Shown here one piece after another: positions 15,171 through 28,800 of a DNA stretch of 64,000 bases. How positions within the stretch are numbered: the first letter of the stretch is position 1; the number at the start of each line of letters is the position of its first letter. The stretch is from Laetmonice hystrix (taxonomy: Eukaryota), in contig OZ249436.1 in assembly GCA_965235115.1 (NCBI GenBank), positions 35,528,001 to 35,592,000 on the forward strand, given 5' to 3'. The translations under genes and the position numbers were made by a program. A model generated the notes under the pieces. The model was not told the DNA's origin, did not search any database, and worked only from the letters and a program-made list of their open reading frames with translations.

Positions 15171-17801
15171 CTGATGTATCAAAGACAGAGGGTACAACTT
15201 TAGTAATCAATATCAAACACAGGATTTCTGCGAAGATCTGCATCTCGAATTGGAGCATTGGCCTTAACATATGGGTAATAAAATATTAATACATAATCTT
15301 CTCAATATCGGCCTATACATAAACATCTACGCTATAGAGGACGAAACCGGGGCTCATGGAGTCATTGATATGGTCTGTAGGCGGGTGATGTGGGTCAGGG
15401 AGAGGGGGGATCTGGTCCCCTTCTGTTATTGAACGGTTGAATCGGACATCCTGCGACCACGACGTGGTCGGTATGGTCGGCGACGGTCGCCGACCGATGT
15501 AGTCGGTATAGGACATGAGGCGGCGGCCGAGAGACGCCTGCCGTGTCTCCGCCGCCGCTGTAGAGGAGCGGGCGGCCGGGTGAGCGAGCAGTGATGGATA
15601 CGAAACGTGAGCTCTGGGAATTGGCCTCATCTCGGCGCGTGATCCGATCTCAGAGCTAACGCCATCATCGCCTGCCCACCCGGATCACACTAAAAACAGC
15701 TTGATGTGTGCGCGATAACGGCAGGGACACTAATATACAGGTTCAACCAGATGGAGGCTTGGAATTGTGAAAACTTACTGTCAATCTTTTAACAAAAGTT
15801 TTTTATAAAGAAGTTCTTTATATCCTCGGATTGTGTCCACTATACTTGATCTTAGGCCTATTTCCCTTTACACTATACGAGCGGGTTGCATTTAATCCGC
15901 TGGCTTAGTCTATTGAATAATCAACCTCAAACAATAGTCTTCTATGCATCATGCATGCTCTAGAATGACGAATATTTTACTTCATATACCCGGGTATATT
16001 CGTCGTTGGTTTTAGATAATAGTTTGCGTAATTTCAAAGATTATGTATAATTGATTGATATCAGAGAGTTGATTTCCACAAAGAAACCACAATTCTTGAT
16101 ACTGGGTATACATTTGTACGTTTGTTTTTTTATCATTCAGATGCACCACACGAAGCAGTGAATTCCTCCTGTGTTTCCATTCGTATATCCTACACACCCC
16201 AGCGTGTCGAGCTCACAGTATCGGCGACGTGATGGGTGTCCGCAATGAAAGACAAACAACGTCCTATAGGCCGACACATGATTGTAGGATAATGTTTTCA
16301 CTGGTGTTTGGAAACGGTCAATCAGTGGTTATCAACGACGACCAATCCTTGTTAGAAACTTGAATGAGTGTCTTCATAATGCAAAAATAATGCCACGACC
16401 GATCACATGTCTATATAGGCATTTTACTAGAAAACTCTTCCCTATCATGATAGGGCCTGAGTCCAGAATCAAGGTAGAGATACCATTTGGTTTCAAATCC
16501 GGGGACTTGACATACACACTGCTGGTAGAAGTGTGAGGAGGTATCATGGGGACCTTGGTAACAGTTGAATGGGTGTTGATGCGTGATTCCACTGATGAAC
16601 CGTCCCCGGGCCGCTGTCACCGACTGCCACTCGACGACTCGCCGGGGCTTCGCTCGTCCGTCGCCGGGGCCTGCGTAATTTCATGCCGGCCTCGGGACGG
16701 GCGAACAATAGTGCCAGGATCGCAGCGTGTCGACGGGCCGTGGGAGTGAACGCTTGTAGTTGTCAATGCTGAACACGGCCGTGCCGACTGCTGGATCGTC
16801 GGAGAAGGACAAACAGACAAGCCGTCGGTATGTGACGATAGCAGACGGAGTTGTTGGTAATAGCGTGCAGTCTCAGCGCTACATTCCAATCCCAATGGGT
16901 CGACCGTCAGCTTCGACGCCCCTGTGTAAGTCGGCCCAAAAGCTGACGACATACACATGCCATGCAGCCTCTCCAGCCATTGTTCAGGGATCAGAGCAGT
17001 TCAAATGACATAGACCTTTAGGTTTAACATGCGATCTGAACTGTAGAAATGACGAAATAAAAATGTCATCTTACAGCAGACGTATGACCCCCAGTGTCAT
17101 GTATAAGTGAGAATAACATTTCAGTAGATAAACAGTAAAATGTAGAAATAACATTTTCCTTGGTATAGATAAGCGCTAAAGCCTGGTAGTAATGTGTTAC
17201 AAAGAACAGACTATATTTCAGTGGTAATCTCTTTCCAAATGGATTGTAATATTTTTTGTTGTGAAGTAAAATAGTCAAGCTTCATTTCGAATGTTATTTC
17301 CAGAAGTGTTCGAATTGGTATTTTATATTATACGATTCACATTTCGCAAACCACTCATTGCCTACGTCACAGAAATATCAATGTTGACATTCCATCAGAC
17401 ATGTTCTTCCAATAAGTCACATTCATTTGACATGTCATACGTTTAGCGTATAGGACGATCTTGGCATTCTGTGAGGTCTTATTTTAACAATCGACCTATA
17501 CACTTGGACCAGCAGATGCGTAATCGTCTGTGATTCATTGTCACATATGGAGGGAAACATAGGTAAAACTTCCAGTCGGTCTACGAGCTGAACAACCCCC
17601 GAAAGACACAGACTTAATGAGTAGACAAAGTTTGACAGGAAACACAAATACACATGTAAACAAGTCGACCTTGGACGGGGTGATACTGGTCCTCACGAGA
17701 CAGCAGCATTCTGCCAATAAACATTGGACAGCTTCCATGAGACGGAAGCATGAAGGATGACAAATGAATGACGCACTCGTATATGGGACACAGTATTTTG
17801 G

Positions 17802-18076
17802 AGATTGGTTGGCCTACACAACGCTAGCACACTGCTTACCTCCACAGATTGGTTGGCCTACACAACGCTAGCACACTGCTTACCTCCACAGATTGGTTGG
17901 CCTACACAACGCTAGCACACTGCTTACCTCCACTTGTATTTGGGACAGTATTTTGGAGATTGGTTGGAGATTGGTTGGCCTACACAACGCTAGCACACTG
18001 CTATACCTCCACTTGTTGGGACAGTATTTTGGAGATTGGTTGGCCTACACAACGCTAGCACACTGCTTACCTCCAC
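17802..18076. repeat. Five tandem copies of a ~44-bp unit spanning the unc-4 exon-1 donor site
   Basis: Unit agattggttggcctacacaacgctagcacactgcttacctccac; minus-strand GT dinucleotides start at 18070, 18006, 17927, 17883 and 17839. Confidence 0.95.
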
Positions 18077-18386
18077 TTGTTTTGTGGGAGCCGTTGCTCC
18101 CATTCCCTGCCGACGTTATCGGTGTGTGTGCCTGAGAGGCAGCCAAAAGACCATCAATGGTGAAAGCCATGGTGCCGATGGCCGGGCCGCTCCCCGACTG
18201 CTGAGATGCCATCGAGTGCTGGGCCATCGAATACTCCGGACTGGCAAACGCCGAGCTGAAAGTCGTCGCCGCCGACGGCATCGTCAACGTAGGGAAATGT
18301 CCGGAATAGGGATTAAAACCGCCCGGGACTAAATGACTGAGTCCGGGATGTCCCGGGCCGAACGGTGATTCAAGCATGCGGTCCAT
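18071..18386 (-). CDS. unc-4: unc-4/UNCX exon 1
   Basis: MDRMLESPFGPGHPG...MAFTIDGLLAAS...HKTSG, with an eh1-like FTIDGLL at 18164-18144. Donor GGAG|gtaagc (phase 1) matches the exon 2 phase. Alternative in-frame ATG at 18443. Confidence 0.85.
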
Positions 18387-18469
18387 AGTGGGCGGACTCC
18401 GGCGGGCCGCCGCGTGTGGTGTGGGGCTACAGTAGGACAACATCACTGTCCCTGCCGCTAGTACATTGC

Positions 18470-18560
18470 ATATGAAACAGACCAACGGGCAGTCGGCCCA
18501 TTATAAACTCGGCTGCCCCCCTTTCCGCGGAGTGAGCTGGGTAATCGACGCTCGACCAAT
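18470..18560 (-). promoter_or_regulatory. Candidate unc-4 core promoter
   Basis: Minus-strand TTTATAA at ~18507-18501, Inr-like TTTCATAT about 30 nt downstream, CCAAT near 18556. Motif inference only. Confidence 0.35.
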
Positions 18561-21500
18561 GAGCTGCGCCGACACCAGATTAAGACCTCCATGGGAGGGC
18601 CTGTCGATTCACGCCTTTTTATGGGCTGTTTGGTTATCTATTGATTACTCTGAACCTGTCCCGCGATGCATATACATTGGTCCCAATCATGACTACGCCT
18701 CATATTAGACGATTGATGAATGTGACAGTAATTGTACGTTCGGGTCCTCGGCAGCCCCCATAGCCCGCGGCAACGACAACAATACTTAATAGATTTCATA
18801 CATATTAATTCCGCTAAGCGTCCAGTTTTCAAACTTAGCCATAGGTTATGCAGCGAGAAAAAAAACAAGGTTGGTGAAGTTGAAAGGGGTCTGGCTGATA
18901 TAGATAATGACTTTGGGGGTAGGTGTTTTTGGCCGGGTTGGTGGGCCACAGAAAGAGTTATGTTGTCAGTGTTACCGTCCCAGCTGCAGTGAGGGGAAAC
19001 GTTGCATAATAAAACGCAACCCCCATTATTTAATAGCTCGTCGATTCTCTAATTGAAAATCTGACAGGAAATGATCTTTGAAAATCGAAAATGCAAAGAT
19101 ATGATAACACTTATATTTAAAGAATGGTGCATTCGGCTTTTTATTCACAAAAAGAAGGGGTCAATAACTGGCTACTGTTTAGTATTACAGCTGTAGACAT
19201 GCTACGTCCGGCCTTCTATGGTGTGGAAGGCACCATAAACTTGTGGCATTTCATAGCCTTTGGCGTTACATATCACCACTGAAGAAGGGGACGTTTTGGA
19301 AAAGTTAACGTTGTACAAATAAACTTTCCAAATTCGCATTAGTCCTACATGGTAAAGGAAAAATGTATATAAAAGAGTGCATGTATAGCCCACGTATATG
19401 CCAGATGGAATATGTCCTATATCATTAGTGTTTGTCTCCTTGAAGCGACATGACTAAATTATATAGCTTGGGGTATTGTGGCATGCGGGATGAGCTATAG
19501 CACCCCTTTCTTCGTGCATTACTCAGTTGGTTTAGAGAAACACTTAACCCCAAATTTCACCTCATACGCTCAGTGTTCACGCCTCGGGCAATCCATATTC
19601 AAACGCCTTGTTGCACAAACTGGCCATAAGGAAGCCGACAGAAGTGGCCATATATACAGGTAGTCATGTATGCTAATTGAATGGCATCTCACTGAGGTCT
19701 TTGATCAACTGGGTTGTCCTCTAGCCGTAAAATGACATTAACACTTGATGCATACGGTCCTCGGCATTTTACAATCTACGTAGTGTTGCATGTTACCTCT
19801 AGGGTGCGCTGTCAGTGTCATTAGACTTCCAAACGACCGGCGGCAAATACTTTGCCCCCATGAAAAGAGTTCTATACCTCTATAGATTTTCAACCTCCTT
19901 GTCAGTATTAATGATATACGAACAGGAGATATGGTTATCGCAACGTTTGAAAACAAATTCATGAGGAAATAAATAACTTTGCCCTGGTGGTTCAGTACGT
20001 GAGCGTATTGCATCTGGTCTTTAATTGATATTTCTGTTTTGAAGGCCTTATTATGCGAAGGAGGATACACGTAAAAAGTGAATAATATCCAAATATGTCT
20101 TAATATTATAAAGATAATACTTTAAGTATCTATGACCATATCTAGGTGTGAATGACGCTCGACCTACAGCAACCATTATATTAGAACAGTCCTAAGATAA
20201 AAGTGTTCGAACAAGTAAGTTGCAACTTTCCAAATAGAGCACGTTTTTTTCATGGTGCAAGTTTTCCTGTTGGGGCACCGAGTCTATAATAACAACAGAG
20301 TTAAGTCCCACGGACACTAGCTATTTACTCTGCTAAAATAGACACTCGCACCCTTTCCAATCATCACGTTCTGCACGACAAAGTAAATACAGCTATTCCA
20401 TGTAGATGACTTTTTGTAGCTGCCGCATTCCATAAATGTCTTTCAACATCTCGATGTAGGCGTGCAAGCTTTCCGTTTTGTCGTGGGAGTATAAGTCCTC
20501 TGGCTGATTCAGCTGAACGTCTTAGAGAAATAGTCATGCTTAGAACAAACCTCAAGTAAATGATAGTACACTTTGTAGGTTGATAGAGCGCGATAGATTA
20601 GTAGACTAAACACCCCCAGGCCAATAATCGCAAATTGAAACGGCAGATCGCAAGGGCCGATAGGCAGAAATGGATAGGCAAGCAGGCGCGCCAACAGGCG
20701 GCTAGCGAGCCACATCGAGTGCGCTGCGCACCCAGTAATCGAATTGGCCCCCTGGCGGGCCAACGGTACCGATGACATTCGAGATACTGCAAGGTGCCGG
20801 TCAATTTATCTCCCACTAAATATCCGCCAACCAGATTAAAAGTCAAACAAAGAGGCATCATTTGCCTTGAATGAGACTAACCGCCCCAGAATAAGTGTCT
20901 TCTACATAGTTGTTAAGTGATGGATGGCGTCCAGCGCGGTTGCCGCCAAAAGGCGCTGCGGCTATCGGACGGTTCTCCGATTTATGACGTTGTTCTGTGT
21001 GCGGCACTGATGTTCCGTCAGGCCGAGAGACCCGCTGGTAGGTAGGTCACCGGACCACCCTTTGTACAAATACAATTCCGTCTCAATTAACCCCCACCGC
21101 CTCCTCTCTGTTCTTCTTGATATTTTATTGCTTTTTTCTTCCTTTGCTTTTTCCTCCTCTCTTTGAGTTTTTATTGTTCCTCTACTCTTCAACGTCGTTC
21201 TATTGTTCTTCCCTACTTTAACGGCGTTTTAGTGTTTATTGTTTTCTTAATCCCTTTCCTCTTCCCATTTTTCTATGCATGCATTATGCATGCATGTATA
21301 TGGGTATGCAGCCTCGTTTGTTCCGCCATATATATATAGGCGCTAGAACCTCATCTTGACGCTGCATGAGCACGAAGACAACACCATCAGATTTCGAACT
21401 ACAATAGGCCTACCTACAGCCGGGATCAGGTGCATGTGATGCACCATGGGTCCCTATGGGTTCATATTATTAATAGTTGGGCTATAGACCTTAAATTTAC

Positions 21501-21613
21501 ACATTTGCAGATGAGCTTATATATCCACAGCTATGAGTTTTTACATTTCCATCCAGCATGCAGGGTGTACATGGAGATAGTTGGAGTGTTTCCCTGTCTA
21601 TAGGTATTTGATT

Positions 21614-22315
21614 TCAATATTGAATGAGACCTGGATGGCAGTCAATAGATCACTGCTGTGGCATCCACTGTAGATGGGGCCCAGAACCCGTATGGTTGTA
21701 TTATTGTGTTTAACCCATCCCCAGATCTATGATCAATATTGAATGAGACCTGGATGGCAGTCAATAGATCACTGCTGTGGCATCCACTGTAGATGGGGCC
21801 CAGAACCCGTATGGTTGTATTATTGTGTTTAACCCATCCCCAGATCTATGATCAATATTGAATGAGACCTGGATGGCAGTCAATAGATCACTGCTGTGGC
21901 ATCCACTGTAGATGGGGCCCAGAACCCGTATGGTTGTATTATTGTGTTTAACCCATCCCCAGATCTATGATCAATATTGAATGAGACCTGGATGGCAGTC
22001 AATAGATCACTGCTGTGGCATCCACTGTAGATGGGGCCCAGAACCCGTATTATTGTGTTTAACCCATCCCCAGATCTATGATCAATATTCAACGAGACCT
22101 GGATGGCAGTCAATAGATCACTGCTGTGGCATCCATTGTAGATGGGGCCCAGAACCCGTATGGGTGTATTATTGTGTTTAACCCATCCACAGATCTATGA
22201 TCAATATTGAATGAGACCTGGATGGCAGTCAATAGATCACTGCTGTGGCATCCATTGTAGATGGGGCCCAGAACCCGTATGGGTGTATTATTGTGTTTAA
22301 CCCATCCCCAGATCT
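21614..22315. repeat. 119-bp minisatellite, ~6 copies
   Basis: Units start at 21614, 21733, 21852, 21971, 22082 and 22201 (one unit is 8 bp shorter); near-identical copies. Confidence 0.95.
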
Positions 22316-23192
22316 GGGTTGATCTGAGAAAGGGGTAGGAATAATAATAGGCATAATAGGCACAATATTAAAGTGCCACATACATCACAATTAACATAAA
22401 ATTTTGTACCAAATCCCGATAATACTTGTAATTTGTCGCAAAGGAAAGGTTGTTGTACATCAAAATGACCAATTCCCGTGCATACGTCACTTCCGGTTTT
22501 CGGTCAAGAGCAGTCGGGATGGAGACTGCGAAGTGGCGCGTGATTCATTATTGTCAATATTTTTACAAAAGTTACTTTCTGAGAGAATTTATCACCGCAC
22601 ACGTCTACAACTCACAGTGATCTATCTGGATCAGTAAAGGTGCCTATGTGATGCCTGTAACACTTTAATATTAATAATAATATTAATGACAGATTTTCAT
22701 TCCGACATACAATATTGCCTTGATACCGCTGTCCGTATGGTTAAAGAAATCCCGTACAACAATGTTTCCACCATAAACAATTACCTTTTGTTAACACATC
22801 GATGCGCATATGATGGCAGCGGATTTTCATTTACATGGAAGCAAGCTATTAATTATTGTCCGGACAGCAGTTCGCTTTGCCTCTCAATGACAAAGGGAAA
22901 TTGCTAATTATTCTGTGATATGAGCCGATGAACGGCCATCTGCGGTAGGGGGCAGTGGGCGTGGCGGCTCCCGGGCTGCCGTCCCCAGTCGGCCGGGGGT
23001 GAAGGCGGGGGGTCGCCGGGCGGCTGGTCGGCCCCACGACGGCTGGTCGATGCTGCCCTGATCCTTGTTCCCGGTGGTGATCTCTTTAATATGATGTCAA
23101 TTAATGCGGTAAAACTGAATCAGAAGCCTTCCGCAGAGACCTTCGGTCACTATAAACACTCTCTAATTGTACGAAGATCCTCGCACGTCCGC

Positions 23193-23340
23193 ACGCCTGG
23201 CACAACTTGGACCACCTACCTAATCATTCTGTATACGCCTGGCACAACTTGGACCACCTACCTAATCATTCTGTATACGTCTGGCACAACTTGGACCACC
23301 TACCTAATCATTCTGTATACGCCTGGCACAACTTGGACCA
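23193..23340. repeat. 42-bp minisatellite, ~3.5 copies
   Basis: Unit acgcctggcacaacttggaccacctacctaatcattctgtat. Confidence 0.93.
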
Positions 23341-25417
23341 GGGATGCGGAAAGAGCATAGATCTACACGCCAACCTTGGAAGGTAAGTTCACATTTGGAT
23401 AAGAGAAATCAAGAAATATATTTTTTAAACAAATGAAGCAAACTTTATGAAAGTCACCCAAAGACACAGAAGCTTATAGGTTTCGAAGTGCATGGACATG
23501 CACCTGATGTCCGACCATACTCATACCATGAAGTACACATTTACAGGACGTTCCTGGCAAAACTCCTCAGTTCTGGTTTCCAATTGTCACAATATTCTCT
23601 TGAAAAACTTTGAGTAATACTTCCCTCAAATTAGGATAATCTTATATACCTATACCAGCTTTGCAGAAGCAAAGACATAATTATTCATGCTAGTTATTAT
23701 TTCCCCCAGTGGTATATATACATACATATATAAAGAATTGGGTTGAATATTTCTCCATGAATAAGAGAAATCTCTTTAATTCCTTATTTGATATATCGTT
23801 CCTGTATAATGACATGAAACTGGTTACGTTATAGGACATAACCTTACCAGATATGAGGAGAACCTGTCCAAATTGTATGCTAGGAGACGCTATATCCAAG
23901 GAATGCAAATGGTAAACACACCAAAGAGGTTGTATACTTCTATACCACCAATATAATCGAGGCGCCGCCTTAATGGTGCCACAAATATAGTAAAGAGAAT
24001 TGCCAGTAGTAATCGTCATTACAGTGTCAGTTTACGACGAATGGACCTTTACACAGGACATTAAAGTCATTGCCATGCAGTAAAATTCAAATACCCATGG
24101 ATGTGTGCTTCTGTTCTATATGAGATGTAAGGTACATTGCTGTTTATGTATGCACATAATCACCTGACTGCATGGGGATTGCCCCTTTCTGACCCCAATG
24201 ACGTCCCGCTGACCGGCGCTTCTTCAAAGAAAGGAAGTGACGCAACCACAACAATAAGTCACGCACGCAATGGGTCTCTATAATGTACGACCGACGACAG
24301 AGGTCTGAGAGGTATTGATCAAGAGACAGTAGGAGCGTTATAACAATGGCGACAGTGGTATCGAGTCGGGGCCCTTTTACCGTAAGTAACTGATTTACAA
24401 TCCACTCAGCCTCAAAGGTATGTATATGAAGGTATAGTTGTATAAACATAAAGATAATATATTATACGTAAATACAGTGTCTAAATATATATGCATTACA
24501 CATGTATACCCGAATACGAAGATATCATTATGCATATGTGTCGATTACCCTCAGGTATAGTCAGAGAATATCTGGCGGGAAGGGCTCTGACAATTAATCA
24601 TGATTCAATCAAAGTTCTTCACATCTAACAGGCTGACTCTGTCACATCTTAGGTTTGAGAACAGAGATAAAAAGGTGAGACACGGCCTTCAATAGTGTTA
24701 TCCGCATCACAGATGGTATAAACAGTGCTTAATCTTTCTTCTGTGACATAAGGAAATGGCAAATACGTGTCAAGGAGCTTAATCATGCAGGATATATATA
24801 CCAAACTATAAGTTATAGGGAATTTCTATACGGTAAGCGTCCCCCAATTCAATCTAGTATAAATTCTGTGAAGTACAAATACTATCGTAAATACTTTTTA
24901 TACATGCACTGTGGGCCAATAATTATGAATGAAGAGTCTCTAGATTTTCCTTCTCAAGGAAAAAAGTAGAATATGCTACCTGTACACATGCATGCACGTT
25001 TGCATTCCCCTTCTTCTTTATATCCTGTTTGAACTCTTGGCATATGTAAACTTTGAAAGGAGGCTCTACTTTCTGCAACAATATAGACCTACAACTTTAA
25101 TGTTTAACTGTATAAGTTCTCGTATTTGGTACTGAAGTTGTAATGTGACTTGTACTGGCATGTATACATCACTTCTTTGTACACGTATAGTTCTATCATC
25201 AGTTGAGTCAAATTTCTGTATTTTAGGTTTTTATCCTAGATCCTGCATTTAATCCACAGGGCATCATTTTTATCAAGTTACCTATGACGTCTGACAGTAC
25301 AAGGGGTTCTTAATTCAAGTTCCCATCAATGCTTCCTTGCATGATGTAAGACTATATATAACGTTCCAAAAGTCAAAGCTGGTTTGACTATAACGTTCTT
25401 ATGGTTCCAGGATAGGG

Positions 25418-25824
25418 CGTTGTTATCAAAGTGGCAGTAACGTTGTTCACATCACGTTGTTATCAAAGTGGCAGTAACGTTGTTCACATCACGTTGTTAT
25501 CAAAGTGGCAGTAACGTTGTGCACATCACGTTGTTATCAAAGTGGCAGTAACGTTGTTCACATCACGTTGTTATCAAAGTGGCAGTAACGTTGTTCACAT
25601 CACGTTGTTATCAAAGTGGCAGTAACGTTGTGCATATCACGTTGTTATCAAAGTGGCAGTAACGTTGTTCACATCACGTTGTTATCAAAGTGTCAGTAAC
25701 GTTGTTCACATCACGTTGTTATCAAAGTGCCAGTAACGTTGTTCACATCACGTTGTTATCAAAGTGGCAGTAACGTTGTTCACATCACGTTGTTATCAAA
25801 GTGCCAGTAACGTTGTTCACATCA
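25418..25824. repeat. 37-bp minisatellite, 11 copies
   Basis: Unit cgttgttatcaaagtggcagtaacgttgttcacatca; 407 bp = 11 x 37, head-to-tail with no spacers. Confidence 0.96.
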
Positions 25825-28800
25825 GAACTTATCCTTTTTTGTCTAATGCCATGACGTATACCCAGAACGTCATTCAGTAGGACGTGGAAATTGCCACAAC
25901 ACTCGACTATAATTATCTCTTGCCCAGGTGCCCTCTCACTCTCTCCAAACATCCTCCGTTCAGCCCACTCATTCGGTACAATTAGCTATTCCACTCCCTT
26001 TATGACAGCTCGTCCATATGAAACATAAATCTCTTTCGAGCGCAATACATTTAGCAAACAACTTCGCCAAGAACCGAATAAGAAATACAGAAGTAGGTTA
26101 AAGAGCAAGAGCAATTCTCATACTAAGCATCGCATATGGGCTAATATACGACTCCGACCAGCGCTTCACTTCCATATATTTTCCATTACAGCAAGCTCTG
26201 ATCCCGCCGCCAGGGGCAAGTAGTTGTCGTTGCCGTCCCACTTTGGGTGGCGGGTTTGCCTAATGAACTACCATAATAGTATAGCTGTAAACCATAATGC
26301 CTATTTCTGTAATACCTCCTCGTTTCACTGCGGCTTTTTCTCAAAAGAGCTTTACAGCGTTGTGCTCGGAGTGCATGGTTTATGACAGCCCTGCCAACAG
26401 GGTAGTAGGCCAAGCGTTTTGTCTCGTCACTCGCCCATCCTTCGACCCGTTAAAGGTGATTACCATTCGGCCACCCAGGATGATGATGTCCACAGGCTAC
26501 CAAAACGTAATGTTCTAGTTTTGTGCCAACTGATTTTGTTTGCCAACTAAGAACGGGGAAAATCAACTCTGACTGTCAAAACTGCACAGATGTGCCCGTG
26601 AGATGTACCCTCAAGGTCAAAGTATGTGAAAAGCTACCCGTGCGAGCCAGAAAAATGTAGCGTCACCTCAATAGACATAAACAAGTGCTTTGTTCCTATA
26701 TTTTCGCTCTCTGAAATCTAAAACAAGACCTGTTGCTGCGCTCTTGGCATCCCCTCAAGCTGTGGCTAAACAAAGCATAGAAACGTCTTATTTCATTGGC
26801 CTGTACATAGAAACTGTAAGGGGCATTATACTATTATAATATGTCATAAGTTCCTTGGCAGTTGAAATAATACAAACTACATGTATAATCTCACAACATA
26901 TCTCGCAAACACTTCATACGTGTGTGATAAATGTTCGAGAAGAGAAATCTCATTCTCGATAATATCCGCGGCTGATTTCTCGTCTCAGGCCATCCGTTTT
27001 GACTACCTGAGAAACCAACATGTATAAGATATAATCTATATGGAGACATACCCCTGTACGGAATCGCTTTCTAGTTAAATGTAGACAATTTGAGTAAACC
27101 TTTTGGTCTAGTGATAAACATATTTTTCATACTCAGTTCCACAAATTAAAGGAATTCAAGGAACATCTTTAAATGCACGTACACTTTGTACCCGTTGTAC
27201 AACACACAATCGATAGTTACAAGTTCCTATACATCATTGCCAAACTTCGTACCTGCTCTATTTTTTTATACGCCTATACTCTCATTGATGTCCCTTGACG
27301 TTAGTTCTATGCATGTATTTGCACTATACCCTAGGCTCTATATGCAGAACACTTCAGGAATCCTTTTTTAATATCTTTGACAGCTTTGAATTGCTTTTCT
27401 ATAATATTGGCTTCCTGTGTGCTGCTGCTTTCTAGAGAATTAAGTGCACTCTTTGGCCATCCGAACAAGGTATGAACAAGTATACATGTTGCCCTTGAAA
27501 AAGTCCATTGGCTCAAGCCATGGAATTTTTACCCAAGTAGCCGAGTAATGACTAAGTTGATCTGTATAGAGTAAGACCCCTACATTGTTTTGTTTTAAAG
27601 CTATAAACATACACATGTCAGAGAAGTTAGATAAAACCAGGCGCGTTTGGTCTTACCTGACACAACATTGTTCATGAGTTCTTGGTCACAGCCCAGGAAG
27701 CCATGTTGTTTCCTTTTCGTTCATTTTTTAATATTAGCGAAACATCTCAGTATCTTTCGAAAAAAAAGTTTTCTTGGAATGCATAAACACGTTTAGGCAT
27801 GCAATCGTCCTGCAGGAAATTAATGAAACTAAAAGTCGAGTGAAAGAATGAAAAATGCATTTATTGGCAGTCAATGCCAAGACTTTGCCCCTTATTGGAC
27901 AGATTCCAGTATATTTACACCTTAGCCCTTAATGACGGGTTCCTCCGATGTTGTTTAGTTTGATATGTTTTGATTCGATGCAATCTGTTAATTGCTTTGA
28001 TAGCGAACACCTGCCGTCGATCAGGACTGACCGTGTCTGGGGCGTGAAGGGGCCTGCTATCGGCGGTGGCGCCGGTTGGGGCAGGTAACGAGTGGGCAGG
28101 ACGGGTAATGATGTCGGGTCCCCTCCCCCTCTACCTGCAGCCACCAGGCAGCCGCCCAGATGAACCGTCATTTCTACCCCCACAGGAGAACGATAACGCG
28201 GACACCTAGCGGTCAAATCACACACGTGCGTCCCCCTCCAGTGAATCCCCGCCAGGCGGCAGCATGTTTCTGATGGCACAGCTAGGCGCGCGTTCACCTT
28301 CTAATACGGTCATTACGTGAACTAATGCCGCGCCTACCAGACGAGGCTGTAGGTGCCCCCCTGCCCGCCCCGGGGCTGACTCGTCCCACCTCGGCGTCTT
28401 GTACGTATGATTGCGGTGTGTAAGCTGGCGAGATGCCGTCAAATGCAGCTGCAGTAGGCTAATGCTTTGCTGATGGCAGTATTATTTGTAAACGGCTACT
28501 GCGTGTGGACTGCGATAAGAACGGGTGTGGCGAAAAATGCATTAACACTCATGTCATTTTCACTTTAATTTCCCAATGCAATTTACTCAATATTGTCGGA
28601 ATAAAGGGACTGAACTCTGCAGTACCCATTTTGAATTATTTTAAGGGCGTTACCAGGCTGAAAATCTAATTATTTCTACGATTCTGGTCAAGGGGGGTTA
28701 GACTTATAGAGTTTAATGTAAACTAAAACTCTGCGCTGCATAGCAGCAATTATGGTTTCAATGATAACATCCTATACTCTCCTTATTGCAGTTTTGTTTT

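Noticed and set aside
18495..18510. Partial similarity to the 3' half of miR-2001 (ttataatgggc)
   Set aside because: No seed match and no hairpin; better explained as the TATA-like element of unc-4.
25418..25824. 37-bp repeat array resembling a CRISPR array in unit length
   Set aside because: Units are head-to-tail with no unique spacers, there are no cas genes, and the context is eukaryotic.
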